Origin: a virus
Length of the DNA stretch: 40,932 bases
UHGV virus genome: UHGV-2003109
Direction: 5' to 3' (one strand)
A program made the position numbers and the translations under genes. Numbering within the stretch: position 1 is the first letter of the stretch; each line of letters opens with the position of its first letter. The notes beneath the pieces were generated by a model, which saw only the letters and a list, made by a program, of their open reading frames with translations, had not been told where the DNA came from and searched no databases. Of this stretch, positions 11,601 through 20,699 are shown piece by piece.

Positions 11601-11731
11601 TGCATACGGGCAGAAGACCGTTCTGCATCGCTGGCTGCACCATTCAGAAGGTTTTTGATACGGGGAATTTCATTTTTAAACTCTGCCGCATCAATCCCCA
11701 AATCAATGACCAGGTTGGCTATCTGGTCCAT
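8666..11731 (-). CDS. H: Tail tape measure protein
   Basis: ~1020 aa coiled-coil-rich protein; C-terminus ...NNDGTNGQIGPAALKVVYD... matches lambda gpH C-terminus; ATG at 11731 with GGAGGT RBS. Confidence 0.9.
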   Translation of the reverse strand: MDQIANLVIDLGIDAAEFKNEIPRIKNLLNGAASDAERSSARMQRFMERQTQAARQTTQAASSAATAASVHAQTVEKNAQAHERMAREVEKTRQRMEALSQKMREEQAQAMALAEAQDKAAAAFYRQIDSVKQASAGLQELQRIQQQIRQARNSGGIGQQDYLALISEVTAKTRVLTQAEEEATRQKVAFIRQLKEQATRLNLSSSELLRAKAAQLGVSSAAEVYIRKMEQAGKATHSLGLKSAAARQEIGVLIGELARGNLGALRGSGITLANRAGWIDTLMSPKGMMLGGVIGGIAAAVYGLGKAWYDGQKEGEEFNRQLSLTGHYAGVTAGQLWTLSRAISGNGITQHAAAGALAQVVGSGAFRGNDIGMVARAAAQMERSVGQSVSDTINQFKRLKDDPVNAAKALDNELHFLTATQLEQIRVLGEQGRSSDAARIAMSALAEETGRRTADIDNNLNALGSTLKYLSDLWSRFWDTAMNIGREDSLDEQIAALQEKVSRAKRLPWTASSSQVEYDQQRLNDLQEKKRQKDLQDAKEQAERNYQEQQKRRNAENAALNRMNETEAARHQREIARINAMQYADQAVRDAAIQRENERYEKALASGKKKTRETRNDEATRLLLQYSQQQAQVEGQIAAARQSAGIATERMTEAHKQLLALQQRISDLDGKKLTADEKSVLARKDELIQALTLLDVKQQELQKQTALNELKKKTIQLTSQLAEEERAQRQQHDLDIATVGMGDQQRQRYQVQLSLRQKYQQQLEQLRRDSEQKGTYNTDDYRKAEQALTESLNRQLNENRRYWQQLEVVQGNWKNGVLRAFQDFTVDADNTAETAEQVFSSAFSNMGNGLATFVTTGKLNFKSFTSSVLSDMAKILAQATMMKSIKGIGSVLGFDLSSLSLNANGGIYQSADLSRYSGTVVNRPTFFAFAKGAGVMGEAGPEAILPLRRGADGKLGVVADIGGSGMAMFAPQYNIEINNDGTNGQIGPAALKVVYDLGKKAAADFMQQQARDGGRLSGAYR

Positions 11732-12032
11732 AACGCACACCTCCGGAAATACCTTCCCCAAGATGCATCAGTTCTTCGTCCGTTCGCTCCGGTATCCCGT
11801 TCTCTTCCGGTAAAAGGCTGAAATCAGCCACCGCAGCATCACTGCTGCCGGACACCATTCTCACGATCAATGCCTTCAGCGAGGCAAACTGCGCATCCAT
11901 CCACACATCACTAAAGCTCTGCATCCGGAAATAATCGCCCCACTCACCAAGCTCAGTGGCCGACATTTCCGACAGCATCCGCCGCCAGTCTGCCCGCCGG
12001 AACTCCCGGGCAAGCCGCATGACAAACTGCAT
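11703..12032 (-). CDS. T: T segment of the tail assembly chaperone G-T, expressed by -1 frameshift from G
   Basis: ORF in the -1 frame relative to G, open from upstream of the G stop; lambda G-T position between V and H. Confidence 0.7.
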   Translation of the reverse strand: MQFVMRLAREFRRADWRRMLSEMSATELGEWGDYFRMQSFSDVWMDAQFASLKALIVRMVSGSSDAAVADFSLLPEENGIPERTDEELMHLGEGISGGVRYGPDSQPGH

Positions 12033-12040
12033 TTCCCGCG

Positions 12041-12430
12041 TCAGGACTTTTCCGGCGTCAGCACCTCATGCTCCAAATCCCCGGCATTCTCAATGGCCCC
12101 CATACCGCTCAGCGACAGAACCATCTCCGCCCCCGCACCCAGGGCATCATACGACCATGTTGTAATAACGGATGCGCAAAGCGTCTCTACATCCTTAGAC
12201 TGATCCGCATTCCACAGTGAGCGGGAAACCAGCCAGGCATTGATATCCATCCCCATCCGCAGAAAAGCAATCTGTCGTTCAGCCTCCGGCAGTTCTCCCT
12301 CTTCGGCATCAAACTTTGCCGTTCGCTGCTGAAGAAACGCCAGATATTCAATTCTCTGCAGCCCGGACAGCTCACTGAGCACCACGGACTGTTTTTCATG
12401 ATTAAACGTGCCCTGTTTCAGAAACATCAT
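12041..12430 (-). CDS. G: Tail assembly chaperone G
   Basis: MFLKQGTFNHEKQSVVLSELSGLQRIEYLAFL... resembles lambda gpG (MFLKTESFEHNGVTVTLSELSALQRIEHLAL...). Confidence 0.85.
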   Translation of the reverse strand: MMFLKQGTFNHEKQSVVLSELSGLQRIEYLAFLQQRTAKFDAEEGELPEAERQIAFLRMGMDINAWLVSRSLWNADQSKDVETLCASVITTWSYDALGAGAEMVLSLSGMGAIENAGDLEHEVLTPEKS

Positions 12431-12487
12431 GTTCTCCACCTGCAAAAAAGCCCCGGATAACCGGGGCAAATGATGAGTATCGTCCTG

Positions 12488-13231
12488 TTAACCTGCGGCG
12501 CTGACAGCCACCGTAGCCACTGCCACAAAATCGCCGTCAGAAGTCATGCCCACAATGCTGACACTGCCCTGCTTCACGCCTTTCACCGTGGCCACAAGCC
12601 CGTTCAGGGTCACAGTGGCTGTCTGTGGATCTGTCGAATGCACACTGATCGCTTTGTCACTGGCTCCGTCAGGTTTTACTGTAAAGGTCAGCGTGGTGGT
12701 TGCTCCCACATTGACACTGGCGGATGCCGGTGCCACCGTCAGCCCGGTAACGCCCACGGTTTCAGTGCCCTCCTCTGCCAGATACGGACGCCCCACACCG
12801 CTGATTTTCACTGTGCGGGTCATCACGTCTTTTGAGGCAATGGTTTTACCCAGTGAACTCAGCCAGCCACGGAAAACATCAACAGTACCGTTGGGATATT
12901 TGATTCGAAACGCGCAGACTTCACCGGAGTCGAACAACTGAACCAGTCTTTTCTGTCCGCTGTCACCCGGACGCCAGGCCAGCGTCGCCGAAGTATCACC
13001 GACGGATTTCTGCCCCTGGGTTGTCGTTTTCCAGTCTGCATCTTCATCATCGAGATAAGTGTCATCTTCTGCATCAGCGGTCATTTCGCCAGGTTGCAGA
13101 TCCTTCACCATCGCAAGACGCAGCCAGTCAGTGTCCGATAAAGGGTTCGCAAACGCATCGCCCTTGCCGGTGTACATCCAGAACGTCGTTCCCGCACCTT
13201 TCGTTTTTGCCAGTGGATTTGGTGTGGTCAT
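12488..13231 (-). CDS. V: Major tail protein V with C-terminal Ig-like domain
   Basis: MTTPNPLAKTKGAGTTFWMYTGKGDAFANPLSD... matches lambda gpV; the longer track ORF (to 13306) is an upstream extension. Confidence 0.9.
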   Translation of the reverse strand: MTTPNPLAKTKGAGTTFWMYTGKGDAFANPLSDTDWLRLAMVKDLQPGEMTADAEDDTYLDDEDADWKTTTQGQKSVGDTSATLAWRPGDSGQKRLVQLFDSGEVCAFRIKYPNGTVDVFRGWLSSLGKTIASKDVMTRTVKISGVGRPYLAEEGTETVGVTGLTVAPASASVNVGATTTLTFTVKPDGASDKAISVHSTDPQTATVTLNGLVATVKGVKQGSVSIVGMTSDGDFVAVATVAVSAAG

Positions 13232-13241
13232 TACCACCTCC

Positions 13242-13655
13242 TTAATTCGTGTACGTGATCTGGTACGTGATTTCCGCCATCGCCCAGGTGGCCATCTCAT
13301 TATCACGTTGATAGTTAAAACCGAGTGGGATCAGGGTGTCGATGAGTCCGGAAAGTGCCGGTACATCATTCAGGGCCGGGAAAATGGTGCTCTCCATCCA
13401 CATATCCAGCTCTGAATCCGGTGCCTGTGCCCGGATGAAGACAGCAATATGCAGAACAGCCTGCCAGTCATCTTCATCCGTCATTTTTCCGGTGTACTGA
13501 GCATCACTCAGCCACACCGCCACGGCAGGCAGTTCCTGCGCATCAACAAATGCCGGAAGCCCGTCAAAAAACGTGGCGCTGTCTCCACACTGCTCCCGAA
13601 GGCGTGCCAGTACGACCTGGCGGATTTGTGTATGTCGGTTCATCGGGTCAGCCAT
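13242..13655 (-). CDS. U: Tail terminator protein U
   Basis: ATFFDG...PAVAVWL...SELDMWMES motifs as in lambda gpU; true start may be the ATG at ~13643, overlapping Z stop. Confidence 0.85.
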   Translation of the reverse strand: MADPMNRHTQIRQVVLARLREQCGDSATFFDGLPAFVDAQELPAVAVWLSDAQYTGKMTDEDDWQAVLHIAVFIRAQAPDSELDMWMESTIFPALNDVPALSGLIDTLIPLGFNYQRDNEMATWAMAEITYQITYTN

Positions 13656-14218
13656 AACCTCAGTTGTTGTTTCAGTGCATACCCCAGCTGTTTCGGCATT
13701 TCCGCAGCAATGATGCGGTCGCGGGCATCTTCAAATGCCTGTGTCAGCGGTACGGACAGAGGGATTTTCACCACATCAATGGGGTAACGATTTTTGCCAT
13801 CAATACGCCGCATCACATGCCAGCGACCATTCGCCAGTTGCTGAATAAACGCATCCCGGAAAAGATATTTACCCACCTTCAGCACGCTGCCACGGTACTG
13901 CAGTTTTCCACCACGCCGGGTCAGTCTGACCCGGGCTGTCCCCAGCTTAATGGCAGGCAGATTGCCCCGGTTAACGCGGATCCTGGCCGTCATTTTTCCT
14001 GACGGACTGGCTTTAAACACCCGGACACGCTGACGTACCAGTTTCAGGGGGATCCCTTTCACCTGGTTATCTCCCGCAACGGTATTCCCGGCAACCTGCC
14101 GGGTGGCAACCGAGACCGCTTTCTGTGCCACACGGTTTATCGCCCATGCGCTGGCCTGTGGCACCATACGGGTATCAAGGCTGTTCAGATTGCGGATGGC
14201 ATTCTCAAGCCCCTTCAT
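13640..14218 (-). CDS. Z: Tail completion protein Z
   Basis: 192 aa; lambda gpZ-like by sequence and position. Confidence 0.85.
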   Translation of the reverse strand: MKGLENAIRNLNSLDTRMVPQASAWAINRVAQKAVSVATRQVAGNTVAGDNQVKGIPLKLVRQRVRVFKASPSGKMTARIRVNRGNLPAIKLGTARVRLTRRGGKLQYRGSVLKVGKYLFRDAFIQQLANGRWHVMRRIDGKNRYPIDVVKIPLSVPLTQAFEDARDRIIAAEMPKQLGYALKQQLRLWLTR

Positions 14219-14229
14219 CCCACACCTCT

Positions 14230-14505
14230 TTACTCAATAAAGATCATTGGCTTACCGTTAAAGCGTTCATGCCGTGTGACCGTCCATTGTTGTCCGTCAT
14301 AAACAACGCGATCCCCGCGCCGTGGGCGGTATCCCGAAGAAAACACCACCAGAGAGACCGCAGGTCCGGACAGAGCATTCAGCTCTGCCAGTGTTTCTCC
14401 CGGGATCACAGTCATATCGACATCATTAATCGAGGCTGTCTTTCCCATCTTTCTGACCGTGATCGCATCCATACGCGCTGCCAGCCGGGAAAAGGGATCA
14501 GACAT
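14230..14505 (-). CDS. Head-tail connector / head completion protein (lambda FII position, not FII-like in sequence)
   Basis: 91-aa ORF between the small head protein and Z; assignment is by position only. Confidence 0.55.
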   Translation of the reverse strand: MSDPFSRLAARMDAITVRKMGKTASINDVDMTVIPGETLAELNALSGPAVSLVVFSSGYRPRRGDRVVYDGQQWTVTRHERFNGKPMIFIE

Positions 14506-14821
14506 TGAGTTTTACCGGCACTTCTTCTGCACTGGTTCCGGCATCTGCCCAGACAACCCCGACCAGCGGATCAGAGCCGCTGTTAGTCAGCTGAACTTTT
14601 CCGGACTTCAGATAAACCTTCTTACCCGTTTTCATGTCATCCGTTTTCAGCTTAGGCAGCATAAACACACCTTCGGTCAGGCCGTCGCCTGTTTCACCCT
14701 GTGGAATATCGGTCAGCGCCACCGCAAAAACATCCCCCACCTGCACCAGATCTCCGCTGCTGATGGCTGCACTGGCAACAATCGCCACCGTTTTTCCTTC
14801 TTCTACAAAATTCTTTGCCAT
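14498..14821 (-). CDS. Small head-associated protein (decoration or FI-position protein)
   Basis: MAKNFVEEGKTVAIV...; ATG at 14821 with GGAGA RBS, immediately downstream of the capsid gene. Confidence 0.5.
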   Translation of the reverse strand: MAKNFVEEGKTVAIVASAAISSGDLVQVGDVFAVALTDIPQGETGDGLTEGVFMLPKLKTDDMKTGKKVYLKSGKVQLTNSGSDPLVGVVWADAGTSAEEVPVKLNV

Positions 14822-14863
14822 AACTGTCTCCGCACAGCCCCGTTCAGGGGCTGATTTCAGGTA

Positions 14864-14886
14864 CAAAAAAAGCCCTTACGGGCCAT
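14864..14886 (-). terminator. Candidate intrinsic terminator downstream of the major capsid gene
   Basis: Minus-strand hairpin GGCCCGTAAGGGC followed by TTTTTTT. Confidence 0.45.
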
Positions 14887-14907
14887 CAGAGTTGTTATCT
14901 GCGACGT

Positions 14908-16866
14908 TTACGCCGTACATTTCACCAGACCGCGGTGATCAACTGGCGCGACACCAGCGTCAATACGCACTTTCGTTGTCACGCCATCCACACTGAAGCC
15001 CTCCATCTGATCAATATATGGCGTATCCACACCGTTGAGATAAGCCACTTCAATCGTATCGGAGCCTTTTGACGCAGCCAGGTAGAAGGTGGTCTGGCTG
15101 TTATCATCAAGACGAGGCTCTGCAATAACGGTCGCAAAATCTTTCACCGGGTTAATAATACCGGCGTTAATGTCAGCCCCCTTGACACTTGAGGAGCGAA
15201 TGACCTGGTTAGCAACAGACTCCATCGCCGTCGGTACCAGTACGAACGCAGGACGAATATTCAGATGACGCTCCCCCTCTTTCTGTACGCGCATCAACTG
15301 GCGGGCTTTATCCAGCGATGCCACGTCCATTGCAGCGCTCTCCAGTACGTTTGCATGTTTCGCTTTATCGAACAGACTTACATTATCTGTGGATATTTTC
15401 GGGTTAGACGTCAGAATGGCATAAACCAGATCGGCAATAGTGGATTTCGCCGCACGGCCCAGTTTCATCGGGACATCGGTCAGCATATTCAGATCATCAT
15501 TGATAATGGCCTGACGGGTGATACTGAACAGCTCGCCATAGGTCGCCAGTGCAATAGTGGCCTGTTTATCTCCGGTGGTGACGTATTTATATTCCGCCCC
15601 TTCACGCACCTGACGCAGAGCACTGAAGCCCCCCATACCCACACGATGGGCAATTTTAAAATCAGACAACTGACCTTTCCGCGTCCACTGTTCATAGGTT
15701 TCAGGGGCATCTTCCCAGCCCTGCAGAATGGCTTTGTTCGCAACATCCAGCAGAATATTACCGAAGTCAGACGTACTGTGTGTGAACGCCGCACCGACCA
15801 TCTGCATCGGGTTATAACTGGAAACCCCAATACCCCGTTCAGTCAGTGACATACGGGCATATTCACGCAGGGTCATCCCGTTGTAGACATTATCACGTTC
15901 GGTTTTTTCAAATCCGGCACGCGCCATCAGCGCCTGGCGGATCCCGTCCCCCACAAAATTACCGTTACCGGCATAAATATGATCCAGGGTATTTTTATTG
16001 GATGGCGTGGACTCGCGACCCATCTCGTTCAACAGCTTTTCGCGGGCCTGCTCCAGCGAACATTCAGGATCGGCAAGACACTGAGCCTGCAGCGTCTGAT
16101 AACGCCCGTCAAACATGGCAAACAGATCATTAATACCGTTTACACGCGCTTTTTGCTCTGCCAGTACCTGCGCACGGATGCTGTTTTCATCCACCACGGG
16201 TGCTGCTGCCTGCACTGGCGTCCGGGAGGCTGCAGGTTCATCATCCTGTACGCGTGGAGCACTGTTGCGTGGCGGAGTAATCATGTTTCGAATGGATTCC
16301 GGCATCTTTTTAAATTCCTCTGTACGTTTTGACTGAATACATGCCATTGCCTTAACGGCTGGCGTCACCTGATCAGCAAATCCATGAGCCAGACATTCGG
16401 CTCCGGACATCCAGGTCTCATCCGCCAGCATGGCAGCAATTTCATCGGTGGTTTTCCCGGTTTTCTGTGCATAAGCGGGTAACAGAACCGCCTCAACTTT
16501 ATCGAGCAGGTCGGCATAGGTGCGCATGTCCTCCGCATCACCGCCCGTAAAGCCAAATGGTTTATGAATCATCATGAAGGTGTTTTCCGGCATAATGACC
16601 GGGTTTCCCACCATCGCAATGACCGACGCCATTGACGCCGCCACACCGTCGACATAAACGGTAATGGACGCACCATGTGTTTTCAGCGCATTAAAAATGG
16701 CGATGCCTTCAAAGACATCGCCACCCGGTGAATTAATATGGAGATTAATGTGGGTGATACCGCCCAGTGCATTCAGATCACTGATAAACTGCTTTGCTGT
16801 AACACCCCAGAAACCAATCTCGTCATAAATATAAATATCCGCGTCACTCTGGTGACCAGCCTGCAT
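14908..16866 (-). CDS. Prohead protease (ClpP/S49-like) fused to major capsid protein
   Basis: N-terminal part has protease-like motifs (INSPGGDVFEGIAIFNAL...); C-terminal part resembles an HK97-fold capsid protein; ATG at 16866 follows the portal stop. Confidence 0.85.
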   Translation of the reverse strand: MQAGHQSDADIYIYDEIGFWGVTAKQFISDLNALGGITHINLHINSPGGDVFEGIAIFNALKTHGASITVYVDGVAASMASVIAMVGNPVIMPENTFMMIHKPFGFTGGDAEDMRTYADLLDKVEAVLLPAYAQKTGKTTDEIAAMLADETWMSGAECLAHGFADQVTPAVKAMACIQSKRTEEFKKMPESIRNMITPPRNSAPRVQDDEPAASRTPVQAAAPVVDENSIRAQVLAEQKARVNGINDLFAMFDGRYQTLQAQCLADPECSLEQAREKLLNEMGRESTPSNKNTLDHIYAGNGNFVGDGIRQALMARAGFEKTERDNVYNGMTLREYARMSLTERGIGVSSYNPMQMVGAAFTHSTSDFGNILLDVANKAILQGWEDAPETYEQWTRKGQLSDFKIAHRVGMGGFSALRQVREGAEYKYVTTGDKQATIALATYGELFSITRQAIINDDLNMLTDVPMKLGRAAKSTIADLVYAILTSNPKISTDNVSLFDKAKHANVLESAAMDVASLDKARQLMRVQKEGERHLNIRPAFVLVPTAMESVANQVIRSSSVKGADINAGIINPVKDFATVIAEPRLDDNSQTTFYLAASKGSDTIEVAYLNGVDTPYIDQMEGFSVDGVTTKVRIDAGVAPVDHRGLVKCTA

Positions 16867-16879
16867 CCTGAACCAGGAA

Positions 16880-18388
16880 TTATTCTTCGGACTGGTCGTC
16901 GGTGTGCTGCGGCTCCTGTCGTTTCGTTGCGGCACTGCTGCCTCCTTTATCACTGGCCGGATCGGTATCAAATACCAGATCCAGCTTGCGGTTTTCATCA
17001 ATTTCGGCCTTGCGCCGACGTTTGACATCATCCGGATTACGACCACCTGCACGTACCCAGTCTGATTCTGTCGCCGCTCCACCACGAATCTGAATTTTCC
17101 AGGCCTCAGCCTCCTTAACAGGGTCAATCCACGGCATCACTGGTCCGGAATACACCGCGGTATACAGTGAAGAACGGTCAAGATCGCGGGGTAACCTGAT
17201 AACACCGGATGCCACAGCCTGTTTCAGCCATGCACGATACATCGGGCGGGTTACGGCACCAATAAACCAGTCCTGCAGGATCAGGTAGCCATCAGTAGAC
17301 TCAACCAGTTCCTGACGCTGGGCGCTGTAAGTGCCGTTATAGTTTCGTGCCGTACTGGAAAAACTCAGACGACTGCCCGCCGCCACGGCACGCAACTGAC
17401 CATTACGAAAAGTTTCAAGGTTAGGATTGGGACGATCCGACTTCACCATTCCGATTTCTTCGCCGGGTTTCAGATCGTCGTAAATAATGCCTGGCTGAAT
17501 GGTAAGCTCGCGTTCATTCTCCTTGCTGTCATTACCATCCGTTTCATAGCTCTGTCCGTCGCCTTTCCGGATGTACATCCCCAGAGCAGCGGCGATCCTT
17601 GCTGCAGTCAGCTCAGAATCTTCATACTCTTTCAGGGCGCTGAGGCGGATCAGCACACCGGACAATAAAGACGTCCCGCGCATCTGGTGCAGACGGCGAA
17701 CAAATTTAAGATGCAGCATTCGCTCTGCATCCACTTCTTTGGTTTCCATCTGCCGTCCGGATACAGGACGACTTTTATACACCAGATATTTTTCGGGACG
17801 CCCCCAGTCATCAACAAACACGCCCTGATTCAGCCTGTTGCTCTCATCACTGGTCATGGGAATAAAGTCCGGCTCGAGCGCCTCCAGCCAGAAATGAACA
17901 CCGGCAGAAGGCGTCAGGCTGTTTATGCGCCCGGAAACCATCTGGGCAAACACCTCACCATCGCGCAGCCAGGTACGCAGCATCAGACGTTCCAGCATCG
18001 GACGGGTAAACTGCCCGGTGACTTCCGGACTGACAGACCATTCACTCCATCGGGTGCGTATCTCCGCTGCCAGGTCACGGGCAATGGCACCATTGCGTAA
18101 TACCGGATGTGGCTCGACAATAATCCCGTTTTTCCCCACCACCCGTTCTTCCAGCTTGTCAAATACACCAATGACCAGATCGTGGTTGTTATCAAGGTAA
18201 CGGGCCTGCTCACGTAACGACACGGCCCCGTACTGGCTTAACTGGTCGGCAGTTCGGTTCTCCCGTCGGGCTTTGTGTGTCCGCGTCGTTTTTACGGCCT
18301 CATAAGCCTGGATCACCGCTCGGGAACGCAGCCTTGCCGCTTTCCATCCTGGTGAAAAAACGCCAATCACATCATCAAGAATTGCCAT
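16880..18388 (-). CDS. B: Portal protein
   Basis: Lambda gpB-like size and position; ATG at 18388 overlaps W stop in ATGA. Confidence 0.9.
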   Translation of the reverse strand: MAILDDVIGVFSPGWKAARLRSRAVIQAYEAVKTTRTHKARRENRTADQLSQYGAVSLREQARYLDNNHDLVIGVFDKLEERVVGKNGIIVEPHPVLRNGAIARDLAAEIRTRWSEWSVSPEVTGQFTRPMLERLMLRTWLRDGEVFAQMVSGRINSLTPSAGVHFWLEALEPDFIPMTSDESNRLNQGVFVDDWGRPEKYLVYKSRPVSGRQMETKEVDAERMLHLKFVRRLHQMRGTSLLSGVLIRLSALKEYEDSELTAARIAAALGMYIRKGDGQSYETDGNDSKENERELTIQPGIIYDDLKPGEEIGMVKSDRPNPNLETFRNGQLRAVAAGSRLSFSSTARNYNGTYSAQRQELVESTDGYLILQDWFIGAVTRPMYRAWLKQAVASGVIRLPRDLDRSSLYTAVYSGPVMPWIDPVKEAEAWKIQIRGGAATESDWVRAGGRNPDDVKRRRKAEIDENRKLDLVFDTDPASDKGGSSAATKRQEPQHTDDQSEE

Positions 18389-18600
18389 CAGAACCTCGCC
18401 AGCCGGTACCCGGGATGCCCCCGTCGTCGTGTAATCAGAGCCGCAAGGCGGCGCTCCCACTCCTGCCGCCCCTGCCGGATCTCAGATAAGTTTTCCATGG
18501 TCATCTGCTGACCATTAAAAGTGACGGATTTTCCGTCCAGCACCGCCATTTCAGCTTCCGTATAACGCTGAATCATGGCTTCAATATCATTCTGATTCAT
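18388..18600 (-). CDS. W: Head-tail joining protein W
   Basis: ~70 aa with RRRG motif near the C-terminus as in lambda gpW; start overlaps terminase stop in ATGA. Confidence 0.8.
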   Translation of the reverse strand: MNQNDIEAMIQRYTEAEMAVLDGKSVTFNGQQMTMENLSEIRQGRQEWERRLAALITRRRGHPGYRLARF

Positions 18601-20699
18601 AACCATCCTCCGGAAGTCAGCCAGGGGTTAACATCGTCAGTTACTGTTTTCTTCCGTTTTTGTTTTTTAACAGGCGTGGATACCGGTTCCGGTGTGGGTG
18701 ACGGTTCGGTGCTGTCCGGGACACACTCCAGCCAGGTTTCCCGGCTCGCCCACTCCGGTGCATCCGGCCAGCGGATCTTTTCGTATCCATGCAGAATGAC
18801 CAGAGCCTCGGCATACACCATCAGGTCAAAAGCTTCGTTGGCACCGCGACCCGGCTTACTCCATTTCCCGTCACTGCTCCGCTCTTCATACGTCAGTTCG
18901 TCGTAAAACCAGCTCCCCAGCCAGTCAGGGAAATGCACATAGCCGGGACCTGGCGAGTCACGCCATAACGCGTTATTCACCCGGTCTTTCAGGGCATCCG
19001 TCTGAAGAAGCCAGAGCGGTACATCACCTGCGGCCTGCGCCCGTCGGCCCGTTCGTCCGGTGTTATCAGGGAATGTACGGGTGATCAGTTTTGCGCGCCG
19101 GATGCTGTCGCCCTTAAACAGGTAAATACGTTTACCAAGGCCATCACGACGGCAACGACGCCAGAATTTATAGGCATTATCAGTGACCCCGTCTTCACCG
19201 CCGGAGTCCACCGCCATTGCCATCAGTCGCATTTGTTGAGAAGGATCGGAGGCCAGCGGCCAGCTTTTATGAAAAACATCCGTCAGCAGGACATCCCAGT
19301 CTTCCGGATAGCTGGCCGGATCAATTCGCTGGCTCTCCCCGTCGCTGTCACCGCGCAATGACTGCGTGATGTTGTAACGATCAATAATCCAGCGTTCGCC
19401 ACGGCTGCCATAGCCCGTTACCTGAACCACAAAACGGCGATGACGTCCCGCCTGCACATCCACTGTCGCCACAAGGAAATTAACGCCATCCGGCACACTG
19501 CGGGAAGGAACTGGCTCTGCCCGCTGCTCAAGCAGTTCACTTTTTCGTTGCTCCATGCTGGCGCGGGGAAGATAAGGTAATCCCCAGTCGGTATTGATAA
19601 CCGTCTTGAGTGTTTCTTCACTTCCGGTTGTCTCGTATTCCTGTTCTGCAGTAAGCAGTTTGTAAACGAGTTGCGAGAGTGTCTGGTAAGCAGCTGCCGG
19701 ACCCTCCATCCAGAATGACGCAATACGTGAACGCCTGGGATCACCATAACGACTGCCATCCGCATTGATGGATTCACCATCCCGCAACCAGACCCCACGT
19801 CCGTTCAGCTCACGTTTTTGTTCAGGCATAATCCGTCCTGAACAGAAAGGACACTGAATATAAGCCGCCTCACTTGCCAGCACGGGATCGGCAATATCAC
19901 GGAAACCAGCAACCACATCGCCGCAGGGCTGAAAATACTCACCACAGTGTGGACATGGCCAGTACCAGCGACGGCGATCACCACGGTTATAGAGCGACAG
20001 GATCCCCGTGGTTGGTGGAGCCTCATGCGGTGAAGTCCGTCGCCATTTCACATCCTTCACATCCCTGCCGGGGGAACTCTCCACCAGCGTCATACCGCTG
20101 GACATAAATGTGGTGGTACGTTTTGAGGCAAGAGAGAAGGCATCCCCCTCGCCATCAATATCTTCCGGAAAACGGTCATAATCCGTCAGCGCGACGCATT
20201 TATAATCTGATGAGGACATGATATTGACTGACGGCCAGCCGATTTTCAGGTAGTTGCCAGCAAGGAATGTTCTGTCATAAACGTTGTTGTCATTTTTGTT
20301 CGGACTCAGGCGACTGACCACTTCCGGGCTGACGCGAAACGTTCTGGCGAGTCGTTTTTTGGAGTGTTCGCGGGCTTTTTCCTCTGTCATCTGAATGATC
20401 AGCATATCCGCAGGATCGCAAATCACGTTGTAAATCACCCAGCCGTCAATCAGGCCGATAGTCTTGCCGGTTCGTGCCGGGCCAACAAATATCACTGCGT
20501 CGTATTCACGCGAGGCCAGGCAGTTCATAGGCTCAATAACATACGGTGCCACCAGCGGATCCCACGGGACTGAGTTCCCTGCCCCCATGGGCACCCGCAT
20601 ATACTGAGTAACGGCATCAGCAACCCGCATTCGTCTCGGTGCGCGAAGTATATAACCTGAATCGGTTCGTGCTGCCTTTGCGGTTTCCTGATTCAGCAT
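18597..20699 (-). CDS. A: Terminase large subunit
   Basis: 700 aa with ATPase P-loop (VGPARTGKT) and C-terminal nuclease region; lambda gpA-like. Confidence 0.95.
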   Translation of the reverse strand: MLNQETAKAARTDSGYILRAPRRMRVADAVTQYMRVPMGAGNSVPWDPLVAPYVIEPMNCLASREYDAVIFVGPARTGKTIGLIDGWVIYNVICDPADMLIIQMTEEKAREHSKKRLARTFRVSPEVVSRLSPNKNDNNVYDRTFLAGNYLKIGWPSVNIMSSSDYKCVALTDYDRFPEDIDGEGDAFSLASKRTTTFMSSGMTLVESSPGRDVKDVKWRRTSPHEAPPTTGILSLYNRGDRRRWYWPCPHCGEYFQPCGDVVAGFRDIADPVLASEAAYIQCPFCSGRIMPEQKRELNGRGVWLRDGESINADGSRYGDPRRSRIASFWMEGPAAAYQTLSQLVYKLLTAEQEYETTGSEETLKTVINTDWGLPYLPRASMEQRKSELLEQRAEPVPSRSVPDGVNFLVATVDVQAGRHRRFVVQVTGYGSRGERWIIDRYNITQSLRGDSDGESQRIDPASYPEDWDVLLTDVFHKSWPLASDPSQQMRLMAMAVDSGGEDGVTDNAYKFWRRCRRDGLGKRIYLFKGDSIRRAKLITRTFPDNTGRTGRRAQAAGDVPLWLLQTDALKDRVNNALWRDSPGPGYVHFPDWLGSWFYDELTYEERSSDGKWSKPGRGANEAFDLMVYAEALVILHGYEKIRWPDAPEWASRETWLECVPDSTEPSPTPEPVSTPVKKQKRKKTVTDDVNPWLTSGGWL

